From: an uncultured Actinomycetota bacterium | GTDB taxonomy: Bacteria; Actinomycetota; UBA4738; HRBIN12 | Length of the DNA stretch: 64,000 nucleotides | Direction: 5' to 3' | NCBI GenBank assembly: GCA_963702405.1 | Contig: CAVPCM010000011.1 | Coordinates: 19,764 to 83,763 of the forward strand | Part shown: piece after piece, positions 60,693-64,000 of the stretch | Numbering within the stretch: position 1 is the stretch's first letter | Layout of the letters: every line of letters starts with the position of its first letter | Made by a program: the position numbers and the translations under genes | The notes under the pieces: generated by a model | Seen by the model: only the letters and a program-made list of their open reading frames with translations | Told to the model about the DNA's origin: nothing | Databases searched by the model: none

Positions 60693-60889
60693 TCGCCGCC
60701 CTTCTGCACGTAGGACTTCACGAATTCCTCGGCGTTCTCTTCGAGGACCGAATCGATCTCGTCGAGGATGTCGTCCATCTCCTCCTTGAGCTCGGCGGCC
60801 TTCGAGGTCGCGGAGACCTGGCCGGCGTCGGCGTCGCTCTCGTCGCCACCACCGCCCTTCTTGACCTGCTTGCGCTCTTGTTCAGGCAT
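60689..60889 (-). CDS. pup: prokaryotic ubiquitin-like protein Pup (C-terminal GGE)
   Basis: 64-aa acidic protein ending ...FVKSYVQKGGE. Overlaps the prcB start. Confidence 0.9.
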   Translation of the reverse strand: MPEQERKQVKKGGGGDESDADAGQVSATSKAAELKEEMDDILDEIDSVLEENAEEFVKSYVQKGGE

Positions 60890-60940
60890 GGTTCCTCCTC
60901 CGTGGCGATTGTAGCCGCCGCACCGCGAGACCCTCCCGAT

Positions 60941-62426
60941 CTACCCCTGGAGCGCCGCGACGAGGGAGGCGGCGTCATGGGAAGCCTCGAGCAAGGCGTC
61001 GACATGTGTCTTCGTTCCGCGCAAGGGCTCCCGCATCGGGACGCGCTGGAGCGCCTCCGCGCCGGTGTCGATGATGAGGGAGTCCCACGACGCGGCCGCG
61101 ATCGCATCCGGGTACTTGCCGATGCATCTCCCTCGGAAGTAGGCCCGCGTGTCCTCCGGAGGCTCCATCACGGCGCGTTCGACGTCCGCCTCGTCGACCA
61201 GGCGATCGACCTTGTCCGAGCGTTCGAGCCGGTAGTAGAGACCCTTCTCGCGGCGGACATCGTGGTACTGGAGATCGATCGCGTGCAGCTTCGGGTCGCC
61301 CCGGTCCAATCCGCCTCGTTCCCGATAGGCCTCGAGGAGACGGAACTTCGCGACCCAATCAAGCTCGCGATGGAGCGAGAGAGGCTCGCTCTCGAGCGAG
61401 GTCAGGATCCGCTTCCCAGCGCTCGAGGACCTCGCGCTGGTCCGGGGTGTCGTCCTCGCGCTCGACGTACTTCTTCGCGTGCTCGAAGTACTCCCACTGG
61501 AGCTGCACCGCGTTCAATCGCCTGCCGTCGGCGAGTGGGACCTCGACCGTGCATGTCAGATCCCGAGAGATCTCGTGCAACGCTCGTACGGGCCCTTCGA
61601 GAGAGAGGTCCGGCAGGAAGCGGTCCTCGATCATCTTGAGCACGATCGCCGTCGTGCCGACCTTGAGGAACTGGGCGACCTCGCACATGTTGGCGTCGCC
61701 GATGATCACGTGCAGGCGGCGATACTTCTCGGGGTCCGCGTGCGGTTCGTCGCGCGTGTTGATGATCGGCCGCTTCAGCGTGGTCTCCAGGCCCACCTCC
61801 GTCTCGAAGAAGTCGGCGCGCTGCGTGAGCTGGTAGATCGGTCGGCCCCGCTCGTCCCACGGAGCCTCGGAGCCCAGCTTCCCGGCCCCGCAGAACACCT
61901 GGCGGGACACGAAGAACGGCGTCAGGTCCCGCACGATGTCGGCGAACGCGGTCTGCCGATCGACGAGGTAGTTCTCGTGGGTCCCGTAGGAGTTGCCCTT
62001 GCCGTCCGAGTTGTTCTTGTAGATCAGCAGCGCCGGTGAGTCCGGCAACTGCGTGGCGACTTCGCCAAGCGATCGCTCGAGGATGCGCTCCCCCGCCTTG
62101 TCGTGGATCACCAGGTCGCGCGACGTGAGGCACTCCGGTGTGGAGTACTCCGGGTGCGCGTGATCGACGTAGTACCTGGCCCCGTTGGGGAGGATCACGT
62201 TCGCAAGCCCCAGGTCCTCGTCGGAGACCTCGCGTGACGGGATCGGTTCGAAGCCTCTCGCGTCGCGGAGCGGCGACTCCTGTTCGTAGTCCCAACGGAT
62301 CCGCCGGAGCGAGCCCGCGAACGTCGAGATCAGCAGGGACGACGCGAGCACGGGATTGAAGTCCGGCACACCGACCGCGGCGATGCCGTACTCCGTCTCG
62401 GTGCCCAGGACCTTCGCGATGGCCAC
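60941..62426 (-). CDS. dop: Pup deamidase/depupylase Dop, interrupted by an apparent 1-nt frameshift near 61405-61411
   Basis: N-terminal ORF 61359..62426 (LGTETEYGIAAV...GARYYVDHAHPEYSTPEC) and C-terminal ORF 60941..61309 are contiguous apart from one extra base around GCGGATCC. Confidence 0.8.
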
Positions 62427-62435
62427 CCGGCGACC

Positions 62436-64000
62436 CTACAGATATTGACCGGGACTCACGCGCTCGACCTGGCGACCGTCACCCTCGTCACCGAGCAGGG
62501 TGCGGACGTAAACGATCCGCTCGCCCTTCTTGCCCGAGATCCTCGCCCAGTCGTCGGGGTTGGTGGTGTTCGGAAGGTCTTCGTTCTCCTTGAACTCGTC
62601 CCGGATCGCCGTCAGGAGGTCCTCGGTCTTGATGCCTTTCTCGCCCTTGGACAGGAATCGCTTGATGGCGTCTTTCTTCGCGCGTCGGACGATGTTCTCG
62701 ATCATCGCCCCCGAGTTGAAGTCCTTGAAGTAGAGGATCTCCTTGTCGCCGGACGCGTACGTGACCTCGAGGAACCGGTTGCGCTCCGAGGGCTCGTACA
62801 TCTGCTCGACGGTTCGCTCGATCATCCGGGCGACGGCCACCTGGACATCGCCCGAGTGCCGGTCGACCTCGTCCGGATGGATCGGCACCACGGGATGCAG
62901 ATACTTCGACATGACGTCCTTGGCCTGCTCGGCGGTCGGTCGCTCGATCTTGATCTTCACGTCGAGGCGCCCGGGTCGCAGGATCGCGGGGTCGATCAGG
63001 TCCTCACGGTTGGACGCGCCGATCACGATCACGTTCTTGAGGGTCTCGACGCCGTCCAGCTCGGAGAGCAGCTGCGGCACGATCGTCGACTCCACGTCCG
63101 AGCTGATGCCGGTCCCTCGCGTACGGAAGATCGAATCCATCTCGTCGAAGAACACGATCACGGGGAGCCCCTCCTCGCTCCGCTCCTTGGCGCGTTGGAA
63201 GATCTCCCGGATCTGCCGCTCGGTCTCGCCGACGTACTTGTTGAGAAGCTCCGGGCCCTTCACGTTCAGGAAGTAGCTTCGGGCGTCCTCCCGGCCGGTC
63301 CGCTCGCGCACCTTGTCCGCCAGCGATTTGGCGACGGCCTTGGCGATCAGCGTCTTCCCGCAGCCCGGCGGTCCGTAGAGCAGCACGCCCTTCGGGGCCT
63401 CGAGCTGGTGCTCCTGGAAGAGCTCCGCGTAGAGGAAGGGAAGCTCGACGGCGTCGCGGATCGCCTCGATCTGGCCCTCGAGCCCTCCGATGTCCTCGTA
63501 GGTGATGTCGGGGATCTCCTCCAGGACGAGCTCCTCGACCTCTTCCCTGGGGAGGAGCTCCGTGGCCACGCCGGAGCGCGCGTCGTACAGGACCGGGTCG
63601 CCGGCGCGCACGACGGTCCCGAGGAGGGACCCTGCCAGATACGCCACGTGCTCTTCGTCACCCCGGCTCACGACCACCGCTCGGTCGCTGCCGAGCTTGT
63701 CCTTCACCTTGACCACCTGGCCGGTGCCGTCGGGGTCGAGCACCTCCACCACGTTGAGGGCGTCGTTCAGGATGACCTGTGCCCCGGACACCAGCTTGTC
63801 GGCCTCGAGGTCCGGGGCCGGCATCACGCGCAACTTCCGACCGGCGGTCACGACGTCGACGGATCCGTCGTCGTTGTTCCCGATGAACACGCCGAAGGTG
63901 GCGGGTGGCTGGGAGAGCTTCTCGACCTCCTCGGCGAGGGCCTCGATGCGCTGCTTCTCGTCGCGCAGGGCGTCGGCGAGCTTCTCGTTCTGGCCGGTAG
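62436..64000 (-). CDS. mpa: proteasome-associated AAA ATPase Mpa/ARC, C-terminal part (runs off window end)
   Basis: Walker A GPPGCGKT, Walker [10 protein letters not shown]-terminal GQYL docking motif. N-terminus continues beyond 64000. Confidence 0.92.
   Translation of the reverse strand, partial: TGQNEKLADALRDEKQRIEALAEEVEKLSQPPATFGVFIGNNDDGSVDVVTAGRKLRVMPAPDLEADKLVSGAQVILNDALNVVEVLDPDGTGQVVKVKDKLGSDRAVVVSRGDEEHVAYLAGSLLGTVVRAGDPVLYDARSGVATELLPREEVEELVLEEIPDITYEDIGGLEGQIEAIRDAVELPFLYAELFQEHQLEAPKGVLLYGPPGCGKTLIAKAVAKSLADKVRERTGREDARSYFLNVKGPELLNKYVGETERQIREIFQRAKERSEEGLPVIVFFDEMDSIFRTRGTGISSDVESTIVPQLLSELDGVETLKNVIVIGASNREDLIDPAILRPGRLDVKIKIERPTAEQAKDVMSKYLHPVVPIHPDEVDRHSGDVQVAVARMIERTVEQMYEPSERNRFLEVTYASGDKEILYFKDFNSGAMIENIVRRAKKDAIKRFLSKGEKGIKTEDLLTAIRDEFKENEDLPNTTNPDDWARISGKKGERIVYVRTLLGDEGDGRQVERVSPGQYL

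Overview
This window is 64 kb of high-GC (roughly 70%+) Actinomycetota chromosome with strongly Mycobacterium-like synteny. Left to right the core genes are nadK(partial)-recN-steA-steB/mctB, pyrG-NUDIX-ald-xerD, dksA-like, deoB-pdp, trpS-scpA-scpB-rluB, aroH-tyrA-aroA-cmk-der, tRNA-Pro(GGG), pgsA-like, gcvH-garA-like-merR, dacB, hpt, and a split gcvPA/gcvPB. The right third (minus strand) is a complete Pup-proteasome locus, mpa(partial)-dop-pup-prcB-prcA-pafA...pafB-pafC-tatA-tatC...helY. Between the core blocks lies an accessory segment (about 27-43 kb) with two inverted CAP/SCP-domain secreted paralogs bracketing the gcvP locus, two tandem giant DUF11-repeat surface proteins with an unusual (N/T)PFTG C-terminal sorting signal, and a Lnt-Ppm1 fusion. 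The most unusual element is a very compact reverse transcriptase (motifs 1-7, no thumb) translationally coupled to an amidohydrolase-superfamily gene, divergent from an Lrp/AsnC regulator and followed by a ~310-nt strongly structured GC-rich non-coding region. Four frameshifts at short G/C runs cluster in 47.8-61.4 kb (helY, an alpha/beta hydrolase twice, and dop). No CRISPR array, transposase or rRNA was seen. Many long ORFs in the six-frame track are antisense or read-through artefacts of high GC.
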